From NCBI RefSeq assembly GCF_003918875.1, contig NW_025766956.1:558001-622000 (forward strand): a stretch of 64,000 nt of DNA, written 5' to 3'. Position 1 is the first letter of the stretch, and each line of letters opens with the position of its first letter. Source of the stretch: Haliotis rubra (lineage: Eukaryota). This document shows, in pieces, positions 39,801 through 51,700 of this stretch. The notes under the pieces were generated by a model. It was not told the origin of the DNA. It ran no database searches and saw only the letters and a program-made list of their open reading frames with translations. The position numbers and the translations under genes are program-made.

Positions 39801-41227
39801 ATGTGTATGTGTTGAGATGGGCGGTACATGTGTCCAGACAGGTAGGTACATGTGTTGAGATGGGTGGCACATGTGTCCAGACAGATATGTACATGTGTTG
39901 AGATGGGTGGCACATGTGTCCGTACAGGTAGGTCCGCGTGATGAGATGAGTGGTACTTGTGTTCAGACTTTAGTACTTTTACTGTAGTAGGTTCATGTGA
40001 TGAGATGGGTGGCGTTGATAGTTAGGCTGATGTTATATTTTGGATTACGTACGCTGTATTTAAGTATAAATACTAATATCAGCTGGATTTGAAACCATAC
40101 TCTCAGAGGCAGGCACCTAAACGCCAGCACTCAAAGGCACCGATCTAACCCACTCAACCACCACGACTTCCACAACATATAACACATGTTAAATCATCAC
40201 CAGCCTTTATTAAGCTTATGTTATGTACGCGTGTATAAAAGAGAATAAAAACACCTTTCTTGTCATTTCCAGTCCACTGCGACCCGATTGACTGCGGTTC
40301 ACTCACGTGTACCTTCGGCTTCCAGCCAGACAGTCGAGGTTGCAAGTCGTGCACCTGCAGGACAAGTACGTTACGTTCCACATGTGATTGGGCATTGGTG
40401 GCGTTATTCTAATCCAGCATCAGTTCAGTTCTGTAATGTGTGTCAGGGTACATCATATTAGGGATTTGTAGACGGAAAGTGGCGTAGACAGACCAAGGCT
40501 TATTTGGGATTTGAACCCACGTCTAACAGCTCTTGACAACCGTGGGGACCAAACATAAGCGGTATAAACGTGAATACCAAGTTTCATCATATGTCCAAAA
40601 TGGCTTATCTCATATTTAACGGATCAAGAAACAACAGAACTCATCTATAAGGATCCAAGTTAGAGATATTGCTCCCGGATTTAAGGTTATGTCCAGGGGA
40701 GACGAACGATTAAATAAATATTTAACGAACATAACATGTGGAGTTGTATTGGCTGATAAAATGTGGTCTTTGCATCTTTCAGCAAAACCATGCACAACCG
40801 TAAGTACCCAGTATTTTCTTGTCTATTGTCTAAGCACTTTCATGTCGTACAGTGTCATGAAAGAACACCCCTTTGAACAATATTTCCGTGTTATCATGAG
40901 TGAGAGATTGATGTCAGGGAAAGTTAGTGGTGCAAGTTATAGAAGTCATCACATTTGTTGAACTCAAGAACTCTCTATGGTGTCTACGAACCAAGGTGAT
41001 AATCAGTACAAATGTAGGGTCAGAACCCATGATCAGATCAAATCCTATTAGAGCTAAGGGACACAACTCTGTACGCCAACTGTGACATCAAAACCACAGA
41101 AAGCATTTCCTTCATTACGTCATAAGCATGTTATATTTTGTTGTTGTGGGAAGGCATCGCATTCAGTCATTTTTCTTTCTTTTTCTCCCTTCAGTTGCTG
41201 TGTAGGCTGAGTGAAACTCTGGGATAA
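27858..41227 (+). CDS. secreted WAP + antistasin-domain protein, copy 3 (110 aa; 9.5-kb intron 1)
   Basis: Exons 27858-27915, 37431-37562, 40273-40365, 40783-40799, 41195-41227. MWQLLVAGLVATAVTVESA-GVCPTDPPGIAWACAYRPNCFGDGTCGAGQRCCPHTCGARCVTV-VHCDPIDCGSLTCTFGFQPDSRGCKSCTCRT-TKPCTT-LLCRLSETLG*. AATAAA at 41264. Confidence 0.87.
27950..28262 (+). mobile_element. ~310-bp foldback element with an internal region complementary to both termini
   Basis: 62-bp inverted repeat 27952-28013 / 28059-28120; 13-bp inverted repeat 28121-28133 / 28250-28262. Relatives at 45489-45742(+) and 33704-33913(-). Confidence 0.75.
28387..30925 (-). mobile_element. decayed Kolobok-like DNA transposon with a THAP-domain remnant
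   Basis: TTAA on both sides; termini AGGTCACATAAAC / GTTTAGTGGTTCT; subterminal inverted GTGACGTCATATGAGGAA. Minus strand 30621-30445 gives MPNRCFVVNCS..MHRFPQDP..RAKW..KR..WKP...YLCSDRF with a stop and frameshifts. Confidence 0.7.
32123..37013 (+). mobile_element. decayed LINE (APE endonuclease + RT + C-terminal CCHC; RTE-X-like) in intron 1 of copy 3
   Basis: IIQGDFNARTG at ~34205; GVRQGCQLSP, LLFADD, YKYLG, LYGCEVWG in ORF 35470-36315; FCPLC..ESEYHFFIEC at ~36680; (CTGT)n tail. Boundaries set by the empty site in copy 4 intron 1 (~44325). Confidence 0.88.
32638..34185. mobile_element. non-autonomous TIR element (MULE-related ends) splitting the LINE endonuclease
   Basis: Inverted termini containing TTCGCCTACATCCCA(T/A)TTCGC; TSD GATCCAAG (32630-32637, 34186-34193). 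Removing it restores ..FRNADPSCHVIIQGDFNARTG. Confidence 0.85.
37593..39930. repeat. 43-bp (22+21 dimeric) minisatellite in intron 2 of copy 3
   Basis: Unit CCAGACAG(A/G)TAGGTACATGTGTTGAGATG(A/G)G(A/T)GGTACATGTGT, ~54 units. Confidence 0.95.
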
Positions 41228-42913
41228 GGTCATCGCTCACCGGACAAGACCATGTGAAAGATGAATAAATCGAGAACTATTTGTATTTGGTCATTTAGCA
41301 AAGGCCCCGTAGCCTCAGCTTGTCATAAGACGGGAGTAAATCATCCAGTTGAACTTCTGTGTCATCATACCTGACATTGTGGGTTATTGCTCAAATTGTT
41401 TATCACTGGATTGTCTGGTCCAGTGTGATTTAACTACAGGCTTCTATGATATGGAACCGCGATATTGAGGAGTGTGGCGTCGTATATTAAATATTTTAAA
41501 AATGGCGATGTGGTAGAGTAGTTGTTAGCCCAATTCAACGTTGATTTAACACAGGATATGACGTATGTATTACAGTAACATAGCTCTACACATAGGGAGC
41601 AGACAGTCTCGTGCTGCACTTCAGCATGTGTGTTTGTGCGTGATCTGGAGGAGTACCTGTATTAACTAGGAACTGGTGACAGACAGTATATAGGTACTGA
41701 GTATGCATCGATTTCGTCACCATAACAGATGACGTTGGTTACCTAGACAGCCTGAATTTCGTAGTTAGCTGATCCGTTTGATTGGCATTTAGAAGTTGAA
41801 TAATAATACTATAATAAAGAAGTTTTTATTGATAAAAGTATCGTACCTTTCTTACTATTCATCAACTTGAATAATAATTCAAAAATGCCAATCAAACAGA
41901 TTGCATGAAAATATAATAAAGCAGTTGTTATCCATCAAAGTATCGTACGGTCATAATCAAGGGTCAACTGTGATTCGAACAGGAACAGGAACAGCCACCT
42001 AATGCATCTCTGCACCTCGAAATGGTGAGCATTTGACTATTTGCCCAATCGTACTTGTGATGAGTGGGTGAGTTGACTTCTTGCGTACAGCGGACACGGT
42101 ATTTAATATGAAGGCCTTAATTCTGTTAATTCCAAGCTGTTGCCAGGATGATGTTGTGTGTCATCATCTCCTGACGCCATGGAGCGCACGTTAAGCGATT
42201 TGTGTGCCTTCTCCAGACTCGACAGTCCCTAAACCCACACATCGCTGAGGGAACACGTCTCTGGATTGGTCATAGCATGACATAGTTCAATCCTTACACA
42301 TTTTCATTTCACTTCAGTGTAACAACCCTTTTCGCCGGAACTGTTTATATTTCCAGTCCGTTTTCTGAAAAGACGACAGTAAGAACATTCAAAACGAATA
42401 AAACACATACGTTGTACAAAGTTATTTTGGAGAGGTAATAATTTTTCATAGTATTATGGTTGTAATAATCATAGGCGTGTTTGTATACAAAGCAAACATT
42501 ATTTTGTGACTATATTTCGTGAGGACATTTCCAAGCATAATTGCAAGTCTGCTCTGTGTTCAGGATATGAAAATGCTAAGCTCAAAAAAGTATGTTATAT
42601 GTCAGTGATGTATGAACTCACATGTAACAAGACAGTCCTGCTTTGAGTGGCCAAGAGTGTAGTTTACAGTTTTAATTTTACGGTTACTTTTATTAGAAAT
42701 GATGACTGTACCTTTTGCAGGATTGTAAGTTAAGCGCCGTTTATTGGCATATTGGCATGCACAATATCGACAGCCTTTGAAGTCCTTTTGGTGAAGTACT
42801 AACACGTGTTGTGTCGTCGGCGAGGGTGTAGTAGTTCTACAGATAAGATTAGAATAGGGTTTTCTAACCTTTAACCAGTTTGTGACGAGGCAGACGTTTA
42901 CAAGACAGGGAGA

Positions 42914-45900
42914 ATGTGGCAACTTTTAGTAGCAGGTCTGGTGGCGACGGCCGTTATTGTCGAGTCTGCCGGTAATTCTTTTATGTCTATTGTAGAGTCT
43001 GTTGTTTGTTATTGTCCGTGTGTAAATGTGTATCATGTGGCATCGACTGGGTAAAGTAAACACTTAATTTACAGGGCCATGCTTTCAATGTTGTTTCTTT
43101 TCAGAACTTCTTTACAAATGGACCGGGAAGTTACTTTGTTAATTTCAATTTAAATGTACTTGTACAACACATTCCGAGGCAAAAGTGTTTTGGTAGCAGC
43201 TTGTAGACGAGGTACAGGCCAATGACTGTTTCAGTGTCTCCGTCTCATCATTGTCACAAAATGTCTACCACGTTTTCAGAATTGGAACATCTTGATAAAA
43301 CTAAAAACTGGTACAATTAACAAAATAACGAAAATGTGTAAAATGTACATGTAACAAATCGCCAAAGATTGCCGACAAAATTAGCATTGCACGAGAATGT
43401 TTTCGTACAATAAAGCATAAACCCTGCCCTCTTAACCACATACGTAAGAAAAATAAAATGAATGAAGTTATTCAAAATGTTATGTGAACACAGACACATT
43501 TAGAAGAGAATGTGGCCTGTGGCCTCGTAAATGCTGATTGACTGATTGAATTTCATGTCTCAACGAAACAATGCCATTGGCCATTTGGAGGTTGGTGACT
43601 GTTTGTCAGAAGTCAGAAGGCCACTGAATCTCCCAGGAAGACTTTGGCACCTTCAGAGGTGAAGAAATGGATGTTGTCGCCATCAGTGGTTGTGAGTTAA
43701 GTTGGGCTTCACGTCACATCGGCATTATTCCAGCCATATAGTGACGAGATCAAGTCTGCATTCATAAACATTGTAGGTCCAAAGTCCAAATAAGTTTTAC
43801 TTTGAAACATATATATTCATTACATTATTATTTTAAAAAAGAAAGCACCAAATTCAAAAGCAGGCAATTCGTTATTCACATTACATAGTTACAATTTATG
43901 ATACAGGTCGACTTCCCTCAGGTAGTTACACCAGGAGAGGACTGTTGTTGGAGGACAGAGAGATTGACATGACATGACATGACATGACAAGACATGACAG
44001 GAGGGATATGGAGGCGACGTAATGAATGTTTGGCAGATAGATTTGAAGTGTTGTCAGTCATCTCTTACACTGGAAAAAGCCTTTCTACACGTCCCTGGCA
44101 AGTACCGTTGGTTACCGTAACGAAATCATTGGTCTATTTATGTATTAGTCACGTCCTTTTCAACCCTGCAATGCCTGACTGCTATTGAATGTCACCTGTT
44201 CGTGTTCTTGTTATTCCTGTTCTTCCATGACCATCCATATCACCTGATTTTAAGTCAAAGAAGATGTGTAAGAGGAACTTGTAAAACAACTTAAGCCTGA
44301 GGACATTGCATGACGTGTTTTCGGTCTTACAGTAGAATGGAAAAACACTCCCTGACTGTTTTTGTGGAATCTTATGGATTCGAAGGGTTGGCCAGTCATC
44401 ACTTCCTGTGCTTGTCATATGCGACATTGGAGGAGTATTTGCAAACTTTTGTGCATGTTGGAAAGGAAATGAGCTGCTCGAATGTCAATGAATTCAGCTA
44501 CTGGTTTCCTTTTGGAGTGAAGTAAAACTTTGTTTTCATGACAAAAGTGACCGCGTTAATTTATATACATGCTGTCGTGTTCTGAAGGATACGTTCTTTG
44601 AGAACTTGCCAGAACTGCATGGATTCATGGGGAATATGACACCTTTTCACTACTGGGGATGATGATATTCGCACCTCAACATGCAATTTTTTTGCCCTCT
44701 GGATTATAGTCATCATCTAGCAAATCAGTGACTGCTCACCTGGAAACAATCATAATAGCCCGACTGTTGTTAACGTGTTAGGGGTACAGCACAACAGCGT
44801 GTCTTACTTTGCCATCAGTATTGTTTATTCCAGATGTGTGTCCGACTGATCCCCCGGGAATGATATATGGGTGTGCCTACATGCCCAAGTGCTTCGGGAC
44901 CTGTGGGGCAGGACAGAGGTGTTGTCCTCACATATGCGGCGACCGTTGTGTGACAATTGGTAGGTAAATGTGTTCAGATACTTCCAGACAGTATGTGCAT
45001 GTGTTGCGATGGGTGGGGCTTGTGTTCGGACTTTAGTAGACCGCCTCCGTGGTGTAGTGGTTAGAGCCTCCGCCCGGAGAGCGGAAGGTCGCGGGTTCGA
45101 TCCCCGGCCGCGTCATACCAAAAGACGTTAACATATGGTACTTGTTGGTCCCTGCCTGGCGCTCGGCATTAATTGGTTCAACATGGACTGGTTGGCTCGG
45201 AGTCAGTATAATGTGTCTGAGTGGGGTATCCATGCTTCACTGCGGCGTGGTATCTCAATGGGCTAGCACTATAAAACCAGCTTAGGTCTGGGCTAGTACA
45301 AGCAGCCGCACATACACACGCACACGCATGCACGTCGTCATATGAGCGAAATATTCTCAAGCACGACGTTAAATCCAATTTCACCTCACCTCACCTCAGA
45401 CTCTAGTACTTTTTACTCTGGTAGGTACATGTGTTGTGATGGGTGGTACATGTGTCCAGATAGGTAGGTTATATTTATATGTTATATTTAGGAGATAAAC
45501 ATATAATGTTGGAAAATCGGAGGTATATAACGAAATTATAATAGTTCGTTATATACCTCTATTATACCTCTGATTTTCAATACAGCATGTTTATCTCCAT
45601 TCTACAATACCGCTTTATTAAGATTATTAAAAAAAAATACACACTGTGTTGGAATATCTGAGGTTTATAACGTGATTATATACCTCTCAATGACTTACAT
45701 GAACCAATCACAGTCCAGTATATACTGAAGTCATGGTAAAATTAGGGTTAGGTATGGTTTCTCATTGAACTACAAACTCTAATCTCAGCCGGATTTTAAC
45801 CCACACTCCCAGAGGCAGGCACCTAAAAGCCAGTACTCAAAGGCACCGATCAATCCCACTCAATCCCACGACTCCCACAAAATATATAATATGTTAAATC

Positions 45901-47182
45901 GCCACAAGCCTTTATTAAGCTTGTGTTATGTACGCTTGTAAAAAGAGAATAAAAAACATATTTCGTGTCATTTCCAGTCCACTGCGATCCGATCGACTGC
46001 GGTTCACTCACGTGTAACTTCGGCTTCCAGCCAGACAGTCGAGGCTGCAAGACGTGCACCTGCAGGACATGTACGTTACGTTTCAAATGTTATGAGCGAT
46101 TGATGGAGTTTATTTTAACGCCACAGCTTTTCAGTTCTGTAATGGCGTGTCATGGTACCTGGTAATAGGGGAAGGTAATTTGTGTGGAGCGTAGGCGGAA
46201 TGTGGCGCCGACAAACCAAGACTTTTCTGAGATTTGAACTCACAACTATCAGCTCTATGCTGTGGGGACGGCATAGAAGTCCAATAATGATGAACACCAA
46301 ATTTCACCATATCTCCAAAATGGCATTTCTCACTTTTAACACAGACCGAAAGAAACTACAACAGACCCCAACTATAAGGATGTAAGTTAGGGATGTTTCC
46401 CCAACGACAGTTGATGAATGGTTTCCAGAGGGGACGATTATATAATTATTTAATGAATATAACATGTGGCGTTGTTCTGGGTGATTATATTTTGTCTTTG
46501 TGTATCTTTCAGCGAAACCTTGCACTACCGTAAGTACCTATTTCATGTCTGGTACTCAACATACTCTAAACACTTCTTGTACTGTGTAATGAATGAAGGA
46601 AATTGATTTAACACCCCTTTGAGCAATATTTCAGTTTTATCAGAGGTGTCAGATAAAAGTCAAAGATCACCACATCTCAGGTGACACGACAAATTGTGGA
46701 ACGAAGACCACAAATGTCCCTTTTGAAGAAACAATTTGAAGAAACTCATTGCATATTTCCTTTCATTAAGCCCCATCTCATGGAGATTCCGGCTTGGAAT
46801 AGGTCAACATCATCCGAGGTCATCGCAAATACATGGGCCCAGATGCGATTATTTACAGGCCGCTGTCAGAAAGCTGGACCATATCTTGTTGCGGTGTAAA
46901 ACAACATTATTTTAAAAAAACAACTCACACACCAGCATGCAAACACGCACAGTCACAGGCAGATACCCTTTGATTATCATTCATCCTTCTGTCTTCTCCC
47001 TTTAGTTGCAGTGTCTCCTGAGTGGATCTCTGGGGAAGCCTCGCGCCTGTATGTTGGTAGACAGTATACACAGCCCGTCGTGGTTGAAGCCCCGCGCCTG
47101 TATGTTGGTAGACAGTATACACTGCCTCGCGCCTGTGTTGGTAGACAGATACACAGATATACACAGCCCGCGCCGTGGTTGA
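42914..47182 (+). CDS. WAP + antistasin protein, copy 4 (2-aa deletion in WAP; stop lost, reads into minisatellite; 156 aa as assembled)
   Basis: Exons 42914-42971, 44834-44959, 45978-46070, 46513-46529, 47006-47182. WAP exon DVCPTDPPGMIYGCAYMPKCFGTCGAGQRCCPHICGDRCVTI; last exon LQCLLSGSLG-KPRACMLVDSIHSPSWLKPRACMLVDSIHCLAPVLVDRYTDIHSPRRG*. Confidence 0.8.
45039..45396 (+). mobile_element. SINE family C in intron 2 of copy 4
   Basis: Full length; imperfect TSD GACT(T/C)TAGTA; empty site in copy 5 (~51567). Confidence 0.88.
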
Positions 47183-48309
47183 AGCCTCGCGCCTGTATGT
47201 TGGTAGACAGTATACACATATTACCGTCGTGGTTGAAGCCCCGCGCCTGTATGTTGGTAGACAGTATACACAGCCCGTCGTGGTTGCCTCGCGCCTGTCC
47301 TCGCGCCTGTATGTTGGTAGACAGTATACACAGCCCGTCGTGGTTGAAGCCTCGCGCCTGTATGTTGGTAGACAGTATACACAGCCCGTCGTGGTTGAAG
47401 CCTCGCGCCTGTATGTTGGTAGACAGTATACACAGCCCGTCGTGGTTGAAGCCTCGCGCCTGTATGTTGGTAGACAGTATACACAGCCCGTCGTGGTTGA
47501 AGCCTCGCGCCTGTATGTTGGTAGACAGTATACACAGCCCGTCGTGGTTGAAGCCTCGCGCCTGTATGTTGGTAGACAGTATACACAGCCCGTCGTGGGT
47601 TTGAAGCCTCGCGCCTGTATGTTGGTAGACAGTATACACAGCCCGTCGTGGTTGAAGCCTCGCGCCTGTATGTTGGTAGACAGTATACACAGCCCGTCGT
47701 GGTTGAAGCCTCGCGCCTGTATGTTGTTGGTAGACAGTATACACAGCCCGTCGTGGTTGAAGCCCCGCGCCTGTATGTTGGTAGACAGTATACACAGCCC
47801 GTCGTTGGTTGAAGCCCCGCGCCTGTATGTTGGTAGACAGTATACACAGCCCGTCGTGGTTGAAGCCTCGCGCCTGTATGTTGGTAGACAGTATACACAG
47901 CCCGTCGTGGTTGAAGCCCCGCGCCTGTAGGTTGGTAGACAGTATACACAGCCCGTCGTGGTTGAAGCCTCGCGCCTGTATGTTGGTAGACAGTATACAC
48001 AGCCCGTCGTGGTTGAAGCCTCGCGCCTGTATGTTGGTAGACAGTATACACAGCCCGTCGTGGTTGAAGCCCCGCGCCTGTATGTTGGTAGACAGTATAC
48101 ACAGCCCGTCGTCGTGGTTGAAGCCTCGCGCCTGTATGTTGGTAGACAGTATACACAGCCCGTCGTGGTTGAAGCCCCGCGCCTGTATGTTGGTAGACAG
48201 TATACACAGCCCGTCGTGGTTGAAGCCTCGCGCCTGTATGTTGGTAGACAGTATACACAGCCCGTCGTGGTTGAAGCCTCGCGCCTGTATGTTGGTAGAC
48301 AGTATACAC
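47035..48309. repeat. 51-bp minisatellite, ~25 units
   Basis: Unit GAAGCCTCGCGCCTGTATGTTGGTAGACAGTATACACAGCCCGTCGTGGTT; 17 codons long and stop-free in 5 of 6 frames. Confidence 0.97.
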
Positions 48310-48799
48310 TTATTAACAATAGACATGAATATTTAATCAAATATAACGCATGTGATATTTAGGATTTGGCATCTCAGTCAAGTACAGATTCTAGTTCTTT
48401 GGGGGGTTGATTCCTATTCGCATCCCCAACCCTCTCACAGAATAATGCACCTAATTGCAAGCTCACAAAGTCAGCAATCTTACCCACTCTGCCACCGTGG
48501 CTTCCACTTGGCCATCGATTATTAAAAGCAATACATTATTTACGTTCGTATATCGTATTCTTGACGTAAAAGGATGTTTGAAATTTCTTAATGTTTATAA
48601 TCTATTTTATTATTTGGAATAAACTTTGAAATGTTTGATGTTTGAAATGTTTGAACTATTTATAAATATGATAATTCTACACTCTGAAGAAGTGAGACCA
48701 GTATTAGATTGTGTGTGGGTGACCATAAGCTAGTTCTATAGATAAGATTGGAAACGAGTATTCTAGAACCACCTTGTGGCGAGACAGACGTGTACAAGA

Positions 48800-51700
48800 A
48801 TGTTGCAGCTTTTAGTAGCAGGTCTGGTGGCGACAGCCGTTATTGTCGAGTCTGCCGGTAATTCTTTTATGTCTGTTGTAGAGTCTGTTGTTTGTTATTG
48901 TCCGTGTGTCGATGTGTATCATGTGGCATTGACTGGGTAAAGTAAACACTGAATTTACAGGGCCATGCTTTCAATGTTGTTCTTTTCAGAACTCTTTTAC
49001 AAATAGACAAGTTACATTGTTAATTCAAATTTAAAAATAAATAATTACAATGACAAAAATTAATCATATGCAATTGTACATCATGTTACATCAACTCATT
49101 CCGATGAAAAATTGTTTTGGTGGCAGCTTGTTGCTGAGGTGAGGGCCAATGAATGTTTTCAGAATTTGAACATTTTGTTCAAACTAAAAACTGGACAAAT
49201 CACAACAAACTACATTGTTAATATCAATATTAATATTAAAAATTACATTGACGAAACAGTTATACAATTATTCAACATGCTATATCGACACATTCAGAAG
49301 AAACGCTGTTTTAGTGGCAGCTTGCAAGCGAGGTTGAGGCCAGGAAGCATTTATCAGTACTCACTTCTCCGTCCCACTTTTGTTACAAAATTTCAGAATT
49401 TAACATTTTTTTAATTTAAAGAAAAACTTGACTACTAAACCATAACAATAATGTGTAAAATGTACATGTAACAAATCGCCAAACATTGCCGACAAAATTA
49501 GAACTGCACGAGTGTTTTTGTACAATAACGCATAAACCCTCCCCTCTCAGCCACATACCTATTACAAATAAAATGAATGAAATTATTTCTGAATGTTATG
49601 TGAACACAGGCAAATTTAGAAGAAAATGAATACTCGTTTGAATGCAATATCAGTTCAATAGTTCCAATTACATATATTTCACTATTGTTTTGTATCGATT
49701 ACTACTTAACTGCTTGGTCCATTCATGTACCAATGTCACGTCCTTTTTCAACACTACAATGCATTACTACTGTCCTTGTTCTTCCTATTCCTGTTCTACA
49801 ATGGCCATCCATATCCCCAGATTTTAAGTCAAAAGAACATATCTAGGAGGAACTTGTACGATAACGTAAACCCGAGGCGCAGACACTGCAGGACTTGCAA
49901 TAGAGTGGAAAAACATCCCCTAACTGTTTTTGTGGATTCGAAGGGTTGGCCAGTCATCAATTCCTGAGCTTGTAAATGCGACATTGGAGGAATATTTGCG
50001 AAACTTTCATGTATTGGAAAGGAAATGAGCTGCTCGAATGTCGTTGAATTCAGCTACTGGTTTCGTTTTGGAGTGGAGTAAAACTTTGTTTTCATGACAT
50101 CATGGTGATCGTTTGGGATGTTCCAATTTCGCCTACATCCCATTTCGCCGAACGAAATTGAGGATGGCAACTCATCCGCCCCTCATTCAGTGAATGGGAT
50201 GGCCCACATTTCCTGCTCAGTGTCTCCAAAAGAATATGTTCACTGTTTTGTTTTGTTATTTTATTAATTAAAGTGGTTTGTTGCTTAATAATGCAAATTA
50301 CTGTAATAGGTTTGAGATCAAAGTCACTTTATATCTATGTTGATAAGATTTGTTGTTTTAATAAAGCCTTAATAAAGTGGCTACTCTCAGGCTTCCTGCT
50401 CAATGTGCAATGTTGTTATGTTCTCTTCCCCGTGTACTGTTGTTTGAATGTACAGTATGTAAGGGATGTGAAATGTTGGTTGTGATGTCAAAATGGCAAA
50501 CGCATTTCTTCAGAGAGTAGAATTTATTACGACACAGAGAGGCGGGCAGCAAGTTCTATATGATGGATATCGCTATCGACTAAATGTGAAACGTCAGTCT
50601 CGAGCTGAGGTTGATCTGCAAGAACCTTGGACTCAGACCCTAAATGGCGACCAGTTCCTGTGCATCGACGACGGTGTTGACGACAAGCTGCTCGTATTTG
50701 CTACAACTGATATGCTAGATATTCTGAGTGAGGCAGTGACCCTGTACATGGATGGTACTTTCTTCACATGTCCCAGTTTGTGGGCGCAGGTTTACATTGT
50801 GCATTGATTGTATGGTGGACGAGAAAATGTACCCTGTTTCATTTACTTTGCTGCCAAATAAAACCAAACAGACTTATGTGAGACTTTTTACTCTGTTGAA
50901 GAACACCACTGAGACCGTTACCGGTACGGTACCATCGCCAGAAGTAATCCAGACTGATTTTGAAGCTGCCGTCATTAGTGCCATTGCAGAAGTGTTCCCT
51001 GAGTCGTCACCCCTCTAGGGGTTGTGACAACACTGAAAGAGTCTGCACACAAAGTTGACTCCAAGCTTTTTACACCTGGTCACAGGTGGGCTCGATCTCA
51101 AGATCGCTGGATCACTAGCCTGGCGCTTTAGCCTGTTCGCCCACCACGCTCACGTGATAACCTTGCATTACTTGGGATGATGATATTCTCACCTCAATAT
51201 GCAATTTGTTTTTGCCCTCTTGATTAAAGTCATCACCAAGCAAACCAGTGAGTGATCACCTGTAGCAGTCATAATAGTCCGTCTGTTTCTCAACTTGTTA
51301 GGGATACAGCACAAACCATCTCGTGTCTTTCTGTTTCATCAGTACTGTTTATTCCAGATGTGTGTCCAACTGATCCCCCGGGAATGGTATATGGGTGTGC
51401 CTACATGCCCAGGTGCTTAGGGTCTGGGACCTGTGGGGCAGGGCAGAGGTGTTGTCCTCACATATGCGGCGACCGTTGTGTGACAATTGGTAGGTAAATG
51501 TGTTCAGATACATTGTACTTCCAGACAGTATGTGCATGTGTTGCAAATGGGTGGGGCTTGTGTTCAGACTCTAGTACTTTTTACTCTAATAGGTTCATGC
51601 GTTGAGATGGGTGGTGTATTTGTCCAGATAGGTAGGTTCTTGTGTTATATTTGGGGTTACGTACGCTTTCTCACTGAAGTACAAACTCTAATCTCAGCCG

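Noticed and set aside
37554-39915. Long His/Thr-rich minus-strand ORFs
   Set aside because: Products of the intronic 43-bp minisatellite.
46925-48340. 362-471 aa minus-strand ORFs, and a CRISPR-like look of the 51-bp array
   Set aside because: Units are contiguous with no unique spacers, there are no cas genes, and the context is eukaryotic. ORFs arise because the unit is 17 stop-free codons; only the + frame joined to exon 5 has gene context.
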